64,000 bases of DNA from Cyanobacteria bacterium P01_F01_bin.150 (lineage in GTDB: Bacteria > Cyanobacteriota > Cyanobacteriia > CAKZMO01). Position 1 is the stretch's first letter. The number at the start of each line of letters is the position of its first letter. Of this stretch, positions 36,761-46,950 are shown piece by piece. The DNA lies in NCBI GenBank assembly GCA_039189765.1, contig JBCCYL010000031.1, forward strand, positions 1 to 64,000, in the 5' to 3' direction. A program made the translations under genes and the position numbers. The notes beneath the pieces were generated by a model that was given only the letters and a program-made list of their open reading frames with translations, was not told where the DNA came from and ran no database searches.

Positions 36761-39070
36761 ATGTTTCCATCTTCAATAATAAATAATGCCTCGAATAGCA
36801 ATAGCGCTATTCTGAACAGTTCCAAATCAACAGAACTCTCTGTAGTTGATGAACTAGCTGGCTTCACCCCTTTTACTTCTTTTACATCAGAACAGTCCCT
36901 TCAACCCTTTGAAACTCTCAATGAGTTTACCGGAGAATCTGTGACACAGACAGTCAAACGTTGGGTGGGGCGCTCCAGGAAGAAAATCAGCGGGGATTTG
37001 ACGGCTCAGAAAAATTTTACTATCAGGGAAAAGGATAAAACCCCAATTGCAGGGACAAATAATGACGACAGATTTAATATTAAGGCTGGTACAAACAACA
37101 AAAATTTACAAGGAAAAGGAGGCAATGATAGGTTTATTCTTAAGAAAAATACTCAAAGGAATATCTTAAAAGGGCAAAAGGGGAATGATACATTCAGTCT
37201 TAAGAAAAATAGTCGAAAGAATACATTAAAAGGACAAGGCGGGAATGATATATTCGAAGCCCAGAAAGGCAAAGAAAATACCATTTTGGGGATGGGTGGA
37301 CAAGATACGATCTACGCTGGAAATAAGGATAAAAGAATAGCAGGTGGCGGTGGCAATGACATTATTTATTTGAGAACCAATGCTGTCGCAGTTCTGGGGG
37401 GTGGGGGTGACGATGAATTCCACCTTACGAGTCAGTCTTCAAATAATACAATTAACGATTTTCAGAAGAAGGGCCGCGATCGCATCCACCTCAACATTGA
37501 CGGTCTAACGAACTTTGACCAACTGACGTTTAGTCAAAACGGTAACGACAAAGCGATTAGCTTCAATGGAACAACCTTAGTCACCTTAAAAAACACCACC
37601 AAGGCACTCTCCCTCGATGACTTTGTGGGGATTGAACCAGCCCGGACCCTCCTGCCGTCAGTCTCGATTGACAATACGCCTAAAACGATCAGCGAAGAGG
37701 CTGGGAGCGTTACGTTTACCGTTCGCCTCAGTGGAGAGACGACGGAACCCATCAGCGTTAATTTTGAAACGTCAGGCAGCGCGATCGCCACCCAAGACTA
37801 CACCCTACCAACCACCAACACCCTTACCTTCAACCCAGATGACCCACTGGAGAAAACCATCACAATTGACATTATTAATGACAGTGATCCAGAACCGAAT
37901 GAGACTCTGATGGTTAACTTGAGCAGTCCCAATCCTGCTAATGTAATAATCACAGAAGCTAAAGGAATGGCCACCATTCTGGCTAACGATGGAGCGCTAC
38001 CGCTGCTATTGCCGTCGGTAAGTATTGATGGAGTTGCGGTTGATGAGGATGGGGGAACGGCCTTGTTTCTTGTCAGTCTTAGTAACCCTAATCAAGACCA
38101 GCCTATCACCATTGATTATAGAACCGCTGATGGTACTGCTATCGCCGATCAGGACTATATACCTAAACAAAACAGCCTTACCTTTAACCCTGGAGAAAGC
38201 AGCAATCAACTGATCGAAATTGAGATTATTGACGATAACCAGCCGAATGAAACCGACGAAACGTTTAAGGTGATTCTGGAAAATCCAAGTCCTTCTAATT
38301 TAGAGATTAAAACCCCTGAGGCAACTGCCATCATCAAAGACAATGATGAGAGCACTTCTGATGGGAGCAAAAACAATGGTGGTGGGTCAGATGTTCAACT
38401 CAGCTCTCTTCTGGGGGAAGATGTCTTCGGCAACCCAGAGATTATATTCGACTTGACGGCGGCAACGGCTTCCGGAACGCGGATCAACGATCAAGATACG
38501 GATGAGAATTTTGGCCTGTTTAGAGGCGTAGTACAGGATTTTTCCTATCTTTTACCTGGCAAAACAGCCCCCCTTAGCCCAGAAGATGCTTTCTTTAGAA
38601 AAAACGAAGCAACCTTTTTCTTCAAACAATCCGGTGATTTAATTGCTCGATTGATTAATCAAAATCAAACCCTACAATATGAATTCAACGTACAATCCGG
38701 CGGCAATGCAAATGCCTTTCTGAGTTATACCTTTGAATTCCAATTAAATGATATTCTGGCTGTTCAGGATGAGTCTGGAACACTCTTGTTTCCAACCTTA
38801 GATGCAGTCCGCGACAATCTCGTCAATTCTATTGTTGGCTTTTTTGACCTGTTAGATGGGCAAATCGGCGAAAATAACGCATTTAATGGGGTGCCCTGTG
38901 CCGATCCAGACCTTGAGGATGGGTTTGACGATTCCGGGCCGTGCAAGGTTTTGAGTGAAGGCTTCTATACTTTATTTCCCGAAGTTTTTGCCAATGCCGA
39001 GAATCCATTCCTAAATATCGGACAAGATCCAGGTGATTTTATATTAGGTCGCCGCAACATAGGAAACTAG
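36761..39070 (+). CDS. Calx-beta domain protein with RTX-like GGND repeats
   Basis: LQGKGGNDRF/LKGQGGNDIF repeats; two Calx-beta domains (SEEAGSVTFTVRLS..A.ATQDY; DEDGGTALFLVSLS..TADGTAIADQDY). Confidence 0.85.
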   Translation: MFPSSIINNASNSNSAILNSSKSTELSVVDELAGFTPFTSFTSEQSLQPFETLNEFTGESVTQTVKRWVGRSRKKISGDLTAQKNFTIREKDKTPIAGTNNDDRFNIKAGTNNKNLQGKGGNDRFILKKNTQRNILKGQKGNDTFSLKKNSRKNTLKGQGGNDIFEAQKGKENTILGMGGQDTIYAGNKDKRIAGGGGNDIIYLRTNAVAVLGGGGDDEFHLTSQSSNNTINDFQKKGRDRIHLNIDGLTNFDQLTFSQNGNDKAISFNGTTLVTLKNTTKALSLDDFVGIEPARTLLPSVSIDNTPKTISEEAGSVTFTVRLSGETTEPISVNFETSGSAIATQDYTLPTTNTLTFNPDDPLEKTITIDIINDSDPEPNETLMVNLSSPNPANVIITEAKGMATILANDGALPLLLPSVSIDGVAVDEDGGTALFLVSLSNPNQDQPITIDYRTADGTAIADQDYIPKQNSLTFNPGESSNQLIEIEIIDDNQPNETDETFKVILENPSPSNLEIKTPEATAIIKDNDESTSDGSKNNGGGSDVQLSSLLGEDVFGNPEIIFDLTAATASGTRINDQDTDENFGLFRGVVQDFSYLLPGKTAPLSPEDAFFRKNEATFFFKQSGDLIARLINQNQTLQYEFNVQSGGNANAFLSYTFEFQLNDILAVQDESGTLLFPTLDAVRDNLVNSIVGFFDLLDGQIGENNAFNGVPCADPDLEDGFDDSGPCKVLSEGFYTLFPEVFANAENPFLNIGQDPGDFILGRRNIGN

Positions 39071-39139
39071 CGCTGGAGATGATCTCGTTGCATTAGACCT
39101 GATTTATTCCTAACCTGACTGCATATTTGACTTGCACCC

Positions 39140-42127
39140 ATGATGTCATTAGCCAGATACACTCATCGTTATTTTTTAACAGGGTTAGCCACTGGGCTGG
39201 GGAATTTAATGCTGATGTTTGCCCCGGTCTCCACGGCCAAGGCAGACATTATTCCAGATTGGACCCTGGAACAGGCCTCAACGGTTCCCTCGGATTGTCG
39301 GGTATGCATTATTAGTGGGGGAACAACTCGGGGGGAGTATCTATTTCACAGCTTTAAAGATTTCTCCCTAAACAGGAATGAGGTCGCTCTTTTTGGGGCG
39401 AGTGATGATATCAACACCATTGTGAGCCGGGTTACCGGAGACCGTTCCTCCCGCATCGATGGTGCGATTCAAGCCAATACGACCCTATTTTTTATCAACC
39501 CGCAGGGTATTGTCTTTGGCCCAAATGCTAGTCTCAACATTTCAAACGGTTCATTTTTGGCCACCACTGCTGATTATCTCGAATTTGATACTGGGCAAGG
39601 TGAGTTTCAGTTCAGCGCCAATAATCCTGAGGATGTGCCTTTGTTGACCATAAATGCCCCCATTGGTTTGGGCTTTGGCAATGCTCCAGGTTCTATTCGT
39701 CATCATCCCGATTCCCGATTATCCCTGCCTGCCAATGAAACGCTGACAATTATCGGAAATGGTATTCGTCTTAACGAAGCAACGATTAAATCTGAGTCAG
39801 GCCGGATTGAACTGGGTAGTGTTGCTGCCAATAGCAGGGTTGGTCTAGAGGCTGTAATCGTAAATTCATCTCCTGCTGGCGAAACAAATCCTCAAAATAA
39901 TAGAACCACAGCCAATGCGATCGCCTCAGGCTGGACCATAGACTATAGCGCTGTGAACACCTTTTCTCCGATTGACTTAACCAATGGGTCTCAGCTCAAC
40001 GTAGCGGGAAATGAAGGGGGAGAGATTCAATTGCAAGGGAGTCAGATTCGTATTGCGAAAGAAAGTATTGTCCGTTCAGAGACAACTGAACAGGGCAGCA
40101 GTGGTCGCATTCGTCTACAGGCATCAGACTCTATCCATCTCAATCGCTCTGGCAGTGTTCGGGTTTTAGTGAGAGAAGAGGCGAGGGGAAACGGTGGCCA
40201 ATTAACGATCGCGGCCCCCCGACTTACCATTCGCAATGGGGCCGATCTCTCAACCAGTGTTTTGGGTCGGGGTCGGGGTGCAAATCTTCGGGTGAGGGTA
40301 CGCGATCGCATTTTACTCCAAGGTATTTTGAAACCAGATGGCCATCAGGAACCTGAACCGACAGGGATATTTGCCCAAATGGCCGAAAATTCCATTCGAG
40401 GCAGAGGGGGAACGATTGATATTCAAACCAATAATTTAATGGTTCAAGATGGTGCACAGATTACAGCCAGCACCTTTAGCCGAGGCAGTGCAGGCTCTAT
40501 CATGCTTCGGATTTTCGATACGCTTCATATGGTGGGAGCATCATTTTCCACTGGAGATGTCCCCAGCGGCATCTTGAGTCAAGTTGAAGAAGGGTTCAAT
40601 GCAACAGGGGATGCAGGGAATATCCAGATCGATACTAAACGATTAGTTCTGCTTGACGGTGCCCAAATTTCTTCTGCAGCTCGGAATAGTGGAAATGGCA
40701 GACATGTCACTATTCAGGCAACAGAGTCTATTCTGCTCAGAGGAACATCGCCAAATGCTACCGCTATTGGTGGCAGCAGCGGTATTTTCGTGTCTGCGGA
40801 ACCTGAATATATAGACGAACAGAGTCAGGAGCCGATCCTCTCCACGGGAAGGTCCGGTAATCTCATCATCAACACTCAGCATTTAACCGTTGAACAGGGT
40901 GCCAAGTTAGCAGCGAATACATTCGGGACTGACAGGGGGGGCAATTTAACAATTACTGCCAATCAGATTATGATCCAGGACGGAGGAACTGTTCGTGCAG
41001 GCTCATTGGTAGGTCCCCCGGTAGAGGCTAACGATAACACCGCTATTCCAGATCGATTGGCAAGTTCCCTGGTAGAGGCTAGCGATAACACTGCTATTCC
41101 AGCGCGAGGCCAAGGTGGCAGACTAACAATTAACGCGACAGAAAGGATTACGGTTAGCGGGGAAGGACAAATTGGGATGTTACCGGACCTAATCTCGAGT
41201 ACTATCCTGGCTGAGGCTCAAGGTAGTGGAAATGCTGGAGATATTATCATCAATACTCCTCTGCTGTCGGTGATGGAAGGTGCCAATGTGACCGTGAGTG
41301 GCCGGAAAAGCCAAGCGGGAACGTTAACCATTGATGCTGACATCATTACTCTCGACGGTGGGCAATTAGAGGCCCGCACTGCCCGTCTAGGTAGGGCCGA
41401 AGGAGCCATCATAAATCTAATCCCTAGTAGTATTTTGCTATTGCAGAATGAAAGTCAAATTTCCGCCCAAGCGTCCAACAATGCCAACGGTGGCAATATT
41501 AATATTGATGCCAGCCAGGGATTTGTGATGACCACTGCTGCAGCCAACAGCGATATTGAGGCTATTGCTAATGAAGGGAATGGAGGTCGGGTTGAGATTG
41601 AAACTCTGGGGCTGTTTGGGTTAGAGGAACGCGATCGCCTCACGCCGCTGAGCGATATTACCGTAAGCTCAAGCTTTGGCTTAGCGGGAGAGATCGTTCT
41701 CCGCACTCCTAACTTAGACCCCAGCCAAGGAACGGTCCAACTCCCCAACAGCCTAGTTGATGCATCAAGGTTATTGGCTCGGAATCTTTGTGAACTTTCC
41801 AGCGCCAGTAGTTTTATTGCCGTAGGGCGTGGTGGCTTACCGCCAACTCCCAGTGAACTCTTTACTGGGGACGATTTGTGGCAAGACCACCGGCTTGTTT
41901 ATGTGGATGAAACGATGGGAAGGGTTGCAAATTCGTCCAATACCATAGGAGCTATCCCCAACAACGCCCCCAACAATAACTCTGAAGCGATCGCAAATCA
42001 GATACCTAACATCGAGGCCCAAGGCTGGATGAAAAATGCGTCGGGTTCCATTGTTCTCGTAGGACATAGCAGAGGCTCTACGCCAGGAATAAGTGCGACA
42101 ACCTGTACACCGGTAAATAGGCTGTAA
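39140..42127 (+). CDS. filamentous-haemagglutinin/TPS-domain exoprotein
   Basis: YLFHSFKDFSL, IVSRVTG, FFINPQGIVFGPNASL; GxGGxIxI beta-helix repeats; C-terminal C..SSFIAVGRGGLP..EAQGW. Confidence 0.9.
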   Translation: MMSLARYTHRYFLTGLATGLGNLMLMFAPVSTAKADIIPDWTLEQASTVPSDCRVCIISGGTTRGEYLFHSFKDFSLNRNEVALFGASDDINTIVSRVTGDRSSRIDGAIQANTTLFFINPQGIVFGPNASLNISNGSFLATTADYLEFDTGQGEFQFSANNPEDVPLLTINAPIGLGFGNAPGSIRHHPDSRLSLPANETLTIIGNGIRLNEATIKSESGRIELGSVAANSRVGLEAVIVNSSPAGETNPQNNRTTANAIASGWTIDYSAVNTFSPIDLTNGSQLNVAGNEGGEIQLQGSQIRIAKESIVRSETTEQGSSGRIRLQASDSIHLNRSGSVRVLVREEARGNGGQLTIAAPRLTIRNGADLSTSVLGRGRGANLRVRVRDRILLQGILKPDGHQEPEPTGIFAQMAENSIRGRGGTIDIQTNNLMVQDGAQITASTFSRGSAGSIMLRIFDTLHMVGASFSTGDVPSGILSQVEEGFNATGDAGNIQIDTKRLVLLDGAQISSAARNSGNGRHVTIQATESILLRGTSPNATAIGGSSGIFVSAEPEYIDEQSQEPILSTGRSGNLIINTQHLTVEQGAKLAANTFGTDRGGNLTITANQIMIQDGGTVRAGSLVGPPVEANDNTAIPDRLASSLVEASDNTAIPARGQGGRLTINATERITVSGEGQIGMLPDLISSTILAEAQGSGNAGDIIINTPLLSVMEGANVTVSGRKSQAGTLTIDADIITLDGGQLEARTARLGRAEGAIINLIPSSILLLQNESQISAQASNNANGGNINIDASQGFVMTTAAANSDIEAIANEGNGGRVEIETLGLFGLEERDRLTPLSDITVSSSFGLAGEIVLRTPNLDPSQGTVQLPNSLVDASRLLARNLCELSSASSFIAVGRGGLPPTPSELFTGDDLWQDHRLVYVDETMGRVANSSNTIGAIPNNAPNNNSEAIANQIPNIEAQGWMKNASGSIVLVGHSRGSTPGISATTCTPVNRL

Positions 42128-42148
42128 AGAATTTGCAGTACCGATCAT

Positions 42149-45100
42149 TCAACCTTCATTCTGAACCGGGGTATGGGGCGTGAGCTGTAGATATAATCCT
42201 GGGACCACCAGCAACGCAATTAGGGTGGCAGAGATTAATCCAAAAATAATCGCCATACATAAGGGAAACCATTTGGCTTCACTAAAGGCCAGGGGCAGCA
42301 GACCAATCACCGTTGTTGTACTGGTTGTCAGAATGGGCCGGAGGCGATCGCTCGCACCATGAGCAGCCGCATGACGCACATCCAAGCCTTGCTTTCGCTT
42401 TTCATTCATCGTGTCTATCATCACGATGGCGTCATTGACTACAATCCCAGTCAGAGAAATCATGCCAATGGCAGCAGGAAACGAAATCGAAAGCCCCGTG
42501 ACAAAAAAGCCAAGAAAAGTGCCAATTAACGCAAAGACAATGGTGAGAATAATAATCACGGGCTGAGTGTAGGAGCCAAACTGAAGCACCAGCAGGGAAA
42601 AGATTAGAAAAACAGCGACAACGAGCATCTGCCCTGCGGACGCAAAGGTTTCGCCACTGGTTTCCGCGTCTCCTCCAAACTGATAGTGATAGCCTCGGGG
42701 CCAGTGGCCTGCGGCTAGATTTTCTTTATCGCTTAGGGCCGGATCGTACAGCAGAGCATCGAGTTTAGGAGCAATATCCGCCAGGATTTCCGTGTCGTAA
42801 AAATCTCCAGAGGGGATCGTTTTGGCCAGCACCGTGACGCTCCGCGCCGTGTCTCGATGGGTAATGGATAAGGGCACGGTGCCTTCAAGTCTTTCTGTAA
42901 CCGCACTAGCTGAGACCGCTTCACCCTCGCTGTTGATAAATCGAATGGTCGCAAACTCATCTAGCCGCGAGGGACCACCAACATCGCCATTTTGGGAGGG
43001 CCAGCGGGTGCTAAGGCGGATTTCTAAATCCTCTTCACCACTGCCGATGGGGTAATCGCCAATTTCGTTATCAATCATCAAGAACCGCCCCTGTAGGCTG
43101 AGATCATCCTCGCTAATGCCGTAAAAATCGAGGGCTTCTCGTCGGGGCACAATTTTGTAGTCCGTGCGCAGGTTGCCCAAATCATCGCGCACATCCATAG
43201 TGCCAGGGGTATTGCGGAGGATTGCCTGAGTCTGGATGGAGATCTGGCGCAAGGTTTGCATGTCGTCACCATATAGTTCAAGCTGAATGGCGTCTTCACT
43301 GCCCCCGGCTCGCTCATACTGAACTGACAGAACAGAGCCGGGATACTCTCGAAGAATATCCGTTTCGATGCGCTCTCGGAGATCGGGCACATAGACAAAA
43401 GAGTCCTGTTGACGCTCTGAACGGTCCACCATAACGGCGGAGAGACCGGCAAAGTAGTCTGAATTACTGGGCTTTAGTTCACTGGAAGACACCAAATTGC
43501 TGCGTTGCCCCACTAGCTTGGTTACGTTATCAAACAATAGGGTTTCATCGGTATCGCGATAGGTGCGCAGAAACTCGCCGATGCGGTCGGCAACCTCTTG
43601 GGATAGGTCCAGGGTGGCCGTGGGCGGCAGCTCCACATTAACGCTGAGCTTGGTTCCATCCTGCTGGGGAAAAAGGGAAAAGGGTAGCGTTGTAAATAAT
43701 ATTGTCGCAAAGACAAATAGCCCCATGGTGGCTAGCGTCCACAGACGGGCAACGCTGCGATTGGGCACCGTAAACTTGAGGCTCCAGGTGGCAAATCGAG
43801 TTGAAATTTTCTCGGTGAGGCGATCGACAAAGGTCTGGGCGCTGGTACCTTTGCTGTTGCCTAGCAGAAACTTAGACAGCGGCACCACAGCCAGCAGGGC
43901 AAGGATATAGCTCAGCACCAGACAAATAATGGCACTGATGGGAATCAGACGGGTGAACTTGCCCATAGTGCCGGAAATGGCCATTAACGGAGCCATCGCT
44001 AAAATGGTGGTAAGCTGCCCTGCAAACGCTGAGCTTGCATAGGTTCGGACCGTGGTAATGGCTGCATCTGGAAAGGACAGCCCTTTTACAAAAATGCCAT
44101 CGTGCATGCCCTCCAGCATCAGGATAAAAACGTCCACCAGCAGCCCCAACGCCAGGATCATACCGATCATCACCATGGTATTTAGGGTGTATCCACCCAA
44201 CCAAAGCACAAAAATCGCCCCAGCAAAGGTGACAGGAATTGCCAATCCCGCGATTAAGGCTTCACGCCAGGTCAGTGCAACAAAAAGAATGGCAAACACA
44301 CACAGGGATGCCTGTAGAACATTGCTACCCAAGTCCAACAAATCGCTTCGAATCGTGACCGCATCATTAGTTAGCACTCGGTACTCCATACCAAAGGGCC
44401 AGATGCTGGGTTCCTGGGATGCGGCGTCCATCTCTGCTAGCGTATCTTCCACGACCTGAATGGTGTCGCTACCGGATACCTTTACCACTTCCAAGGTGAT
44501 GGTTGGCGTAAAGTCCTCCCCGTTTGAGCTTACAAAGGCGCGGGATTCTTCCCGCTCCAATCCCTGATACACATCGGCGACTTCCGCCAAACGTACGACT
44601 CGGTTATTGTCTAATCGAGCAACAGGCACTCTTTTAAGATCGGCTAAAGTACGGGGGCGTCCATAAAAGCGCACCTGGGCTCCAATGGAGCGATCGCGCA
44701 ACAGATCCCACGATCGGTCAATATTGCTGTCCTGAATTGCATTGTTCACCTGGGTCGCAGAAATCCCCAAGCTGGTGAGGCGACTAGGGAGCATCTGCAC
44801 GTGAATGACATCCTCTCGCCACCCCAAAAGATCCACTTCACGGACGTTTTTAACCGCCTCCAATCGCTCCTGCAACTCCTCAGCAGCTTGACTTAGGGTG
44901 GCAACGTCTAAGCCTTCCCCCGTAATCGCCAGGGTGACCACAGGATCATCCTGCTGCGAGAGCTGTTCAAAATCAGGTTCTTCCCGTCCGGTCGATTCTG
45001 AAGGCAGTTCCGAGTCGGCATCGTCCACTTTAGCCCGCAGTTCCTGAATGGCGGGGGCGACGGGTTCCTCTGCCTTGAAGGAAATATTGATAATGGAGAA

Positions 45101-45439
45101 AGAGTTAAAGGTGGCGCTGGTAAAGTCGTCTAGGCCCTGAAGACTTTTAATTTCCTCTTCAATTTTGTCGGTGACCTGGGTTTCAATGGTTTCCGCATCT
45201 GTGCCTGGCCAGCCTGTGGTAATCATGGCTCGGGCGATATTAATATCAGGATCGCCCTCCTTTACCATGGAGAGATATCCCATAAATCCTCCCATCAAGA
45301 GTAAGAAGCACAGCAGTGTCCCAAAAATTTGGCGGGTAAAAAAGAACTGCATCATTGGCGATGCGTCCTGGTCAGCCCTGGCAGGCTGAAGGACCTCTGG
45401 CGAATTTACCTCTGATGGGGAGCGTTCTTCTGTTTTCAT
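42149..45439 (-). CDS. RND efflux transporter permease (AcrB/AcrD/AcrF family), copy A
   Basis: 1096 aa with two large periplasmic loops, TLNTMVMIGMILALGLLVD, RLRPILTTSTTT. Confidence 0.93.
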   Translation of the reverse strand: MKTEERSPSEVNSPEVLQPARADQDASPMMQFFFTRQIFGTLLCFLLLMGGFMGYLSMVKEGDPDINIARAMITTGWPGTDAETIETQVTDKIEEEIKSLQGLDDFTSATFNSFSIINISFKAEEPVAPAIQELRAKVDDADSELPSESTGREEPDFEQLSQQDDPVVTLAITGEGLDVATLSQAAEELQERLEAVKNVREVDLLGWREDVIHVQMLPSRLTSLGISATQVNNAIQDSNIDRSWDLLRDRSIGAQVRFYGRPRTLADLKRVPVARLDNNRVVRLAEVADVYQGLEREESRAFVSSNGEDFTPTITLEVVKVSGSDTIQVVEDTLAEMDAASQEPSIWPFGMEYRVLTNDAVTIRSDLLDLGSNVLQASLCVFAILFVALTWREALIAGLAIPVTFAGAIFVLWLGGYTLNTMVMIGMILALGLLVDVFILMLEGMHDGIFVKGLSFPDAAITTVRTYASSAFAGQLTTILAMAPLMAISGTMGKFTRLIPISAIICLVLSYILALLAVVPLSKFLLGNSKGTSAQTFVDRLTEKISTRFATWSLKFTVPNRSVARLWTLATMGLFVFATILFTTLPFSLFPQQDGTKLSVNVELPPTATLDLSQEVADRIGEFLRTYRDTDETLLFDNVTKLVGQRSNLVSSSELKPSNSDYFAGLSAVMVDRSERQQDSFVYVPDLRERIETDILREYPGSVLSVQYERAGGSEDAIQLELYGDDMQTLRQISIQTQAILRNTPGTMDVRDDLGNLRTDYKIVPRREALDFYGISEDDLSLQGRFLMIDNEIGDYPIGSGEEDLEIRLSTRWPSQNGDVGGPSRLDEFATIRFINSEGEAVSASAVTERLEGTVPLSITHRDTARSVTVLAKTIPSGDFYDTEILADIAPKLDALLYDPALSDKENLAAGHWPRGYHYQFGGDAETSGETFASAGQMLVVAVFLIFSLLVLQFGSYTQPVIIILTIVFALIGTFLGFFVTGLSISFPAAIGMISLTGIVVNDAIVMIDTMNEKRKQGLDVRHAAAHGASDRLRPILTTSTTTVIGLLPLAFSEAKWFPLCMAIIFGLISATLIALLVVPGLYLQLTPHTPVQNEG

Positions 45440-46950
45440 CGTCTCGCTTCCTCTGCCACAATCTCCACAACCGTTCCGTCCACCAGGCGGTTGATCCCTT
45501 CCGTTACCACCAGTTCACCCGGTTCAACACCGCTGAGAATTTCCACGCCAGTCAGCCCTTCAATTCCCGTTTCCACCGTTCGGCGCTCCACCATGCCACT
45601 GGATTCATCTACGACAAAGGCATAGACGGTTTGCTTTCCCGGCAGTAAGGCTCCCAGCGGCACCGTTACGGCATTGGGATTAACCGCCGCTTCAATCCAC
45701 ACATAGACCCGACCGCCCACTCGTAAATTACGCACAAGCTGAAAATCACGAATACTCACCTCCACACCCCGTCCACCCGGCGTTTGGGTCGGGCTTACAG
45801 AAAAGACTTGTCCGCGACTCCCCTGCTGCTTGGCAATTTCTAGGAGGTTCCCATTGGTGACTCCAGCCGCCTCGGCTGCACTTACATCTTCCTCCAGCAC
45901 GACATACGCTCTTTGACCGGGTCGAATCTGCTGGGCCTCATCCGCTTGGAGTTCCAGCTCGACCTCAAAACTGCCAGGGTTAACAACCACAATTGGGGCC
46001 GCTTCGACAACGTCCTGGGCCAGGTTGGAATTAAACCGTTGCGCACTCCAGTACTCGCCTTCGCGGATGTTGATATAGGCCACGATGCCGTCGATGGGAG
46101 AGACTAGTTGCGTATCTTCTAAGTTGACGTTCGATTGTCGTAATCGGGCTTGGGCCGCATCAATGGATGCCTGGGCCGATATCACTCCATCTTCTGCTGA
46201 GCGAATACCTTGTTCTGCAACTTTTAACGCAGCCCTGGCCTGCTCCTCACTGTTGACGTATACATCATAGGAACTCTCTGAAACGGCCCCATCCTCAAAC
46301 AGTCCTCGATACCGCTCCATCTCAGCCTTAGCCAGCCTCAGATCGGACTGGGCCTTATCAAAGTCCGCTTTAGCCTGAAGCAGCGAGGCTTCAGCCTGAT
46401 TGAAGGTTTGAACCGACACTTCCACATCAGCCTTATCAGTGTCAATGGAGGATATCTGCTTTCGGTCATCAATGGAGGCCAAAAGCTGCCCCTGCTGCAC
46501 CCTATCTCCTGCCCGTAAGTCACGTCCATCCACTTTTGCAATAAACTCAATGTCTCCATTTGCTTCAAAGTTCAGCACTCGCTGCCGCACTGCCCGAACA
46601 AAGCCTTCATCAAAAACCCACTTCTGAGACAGGCCCACCCCAACTCGAGCCACTTGAACAGGAAGTCGTGCTGGCGGAATCTCCTGTTCCGCGATCGCTG
46701 ATTCTTGAGTCAAGCTTTGATAGGTTCTTGAGCCAACGCCGAGCACGACAGCTACCATCGCTAAGATAGCAACAGGCCAAATAGACTTAGACCTAAAAAA
46801 AGATTTTGGACTTAATGCAGTCGCTCTCTCATAGGGACTGCTGGAGGACTGTAAACCCGGACTAGACTCTTTTTCTTCTATATCCATAGGTGGAGTAGGC
46901 GGAAGCTCTGAGGGAGAGACAGGGTGTGAGCTTGAGTTATTGGTCTTCAT
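45436..46950 (-). CDS. RND periplasmic adaptor (MFP/HlyD family), copy A
   Basis: Single TM, GDRVQQGQLLA lipoyl half, coiled coil, QLVSPIDGIV, EILSGVEPGELVVTEG; 4-bp overlap with the RND start. Confidence 0.92.
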   Translation of the reverse strand: MKTNNSSSHPVSPSELPPTPPMDIEEKESSPGLQSSSSPYERATALSPKSFFRSKSIWPVAILAMVAVVLGVGSRTYQSLTQESAIAEQEIPPARLPVQVARVGVGLSQKWVFDEGFVRAVRQRVLNFEANGDIEFIAKVDGRDLRAGDRVQQGQLLASIDDRKQISSIDTDKADVEVSVQTFNQAEASLLQAKADFDKAQSDLRLAKAEMERYRGLFEDGAVSESSYDVYVNSEEQARAALKVAEQGIRSAEDGVISAQASIDAAQARLRQSNVNLEDTQLVSPIDGIVAYINIREGEYWSAQRFNSNLAQDVVEAAPIVVVNPGSFEVELELQADEAQQIRPGQRAYVVLEEDVSAAEAAGVTNGNLLEIAKQQGSRGQVFSVSPTQTPGGRGVEVSIRDFQLVRNLRVGGRVYVWIEAAVNPNAVTVPLGALLPGKQTVYAFVVDESSGMVERRTVETGIEGLTGVEILSGVEPGELVVTEGINRLVDGTVVEIVAEEARR

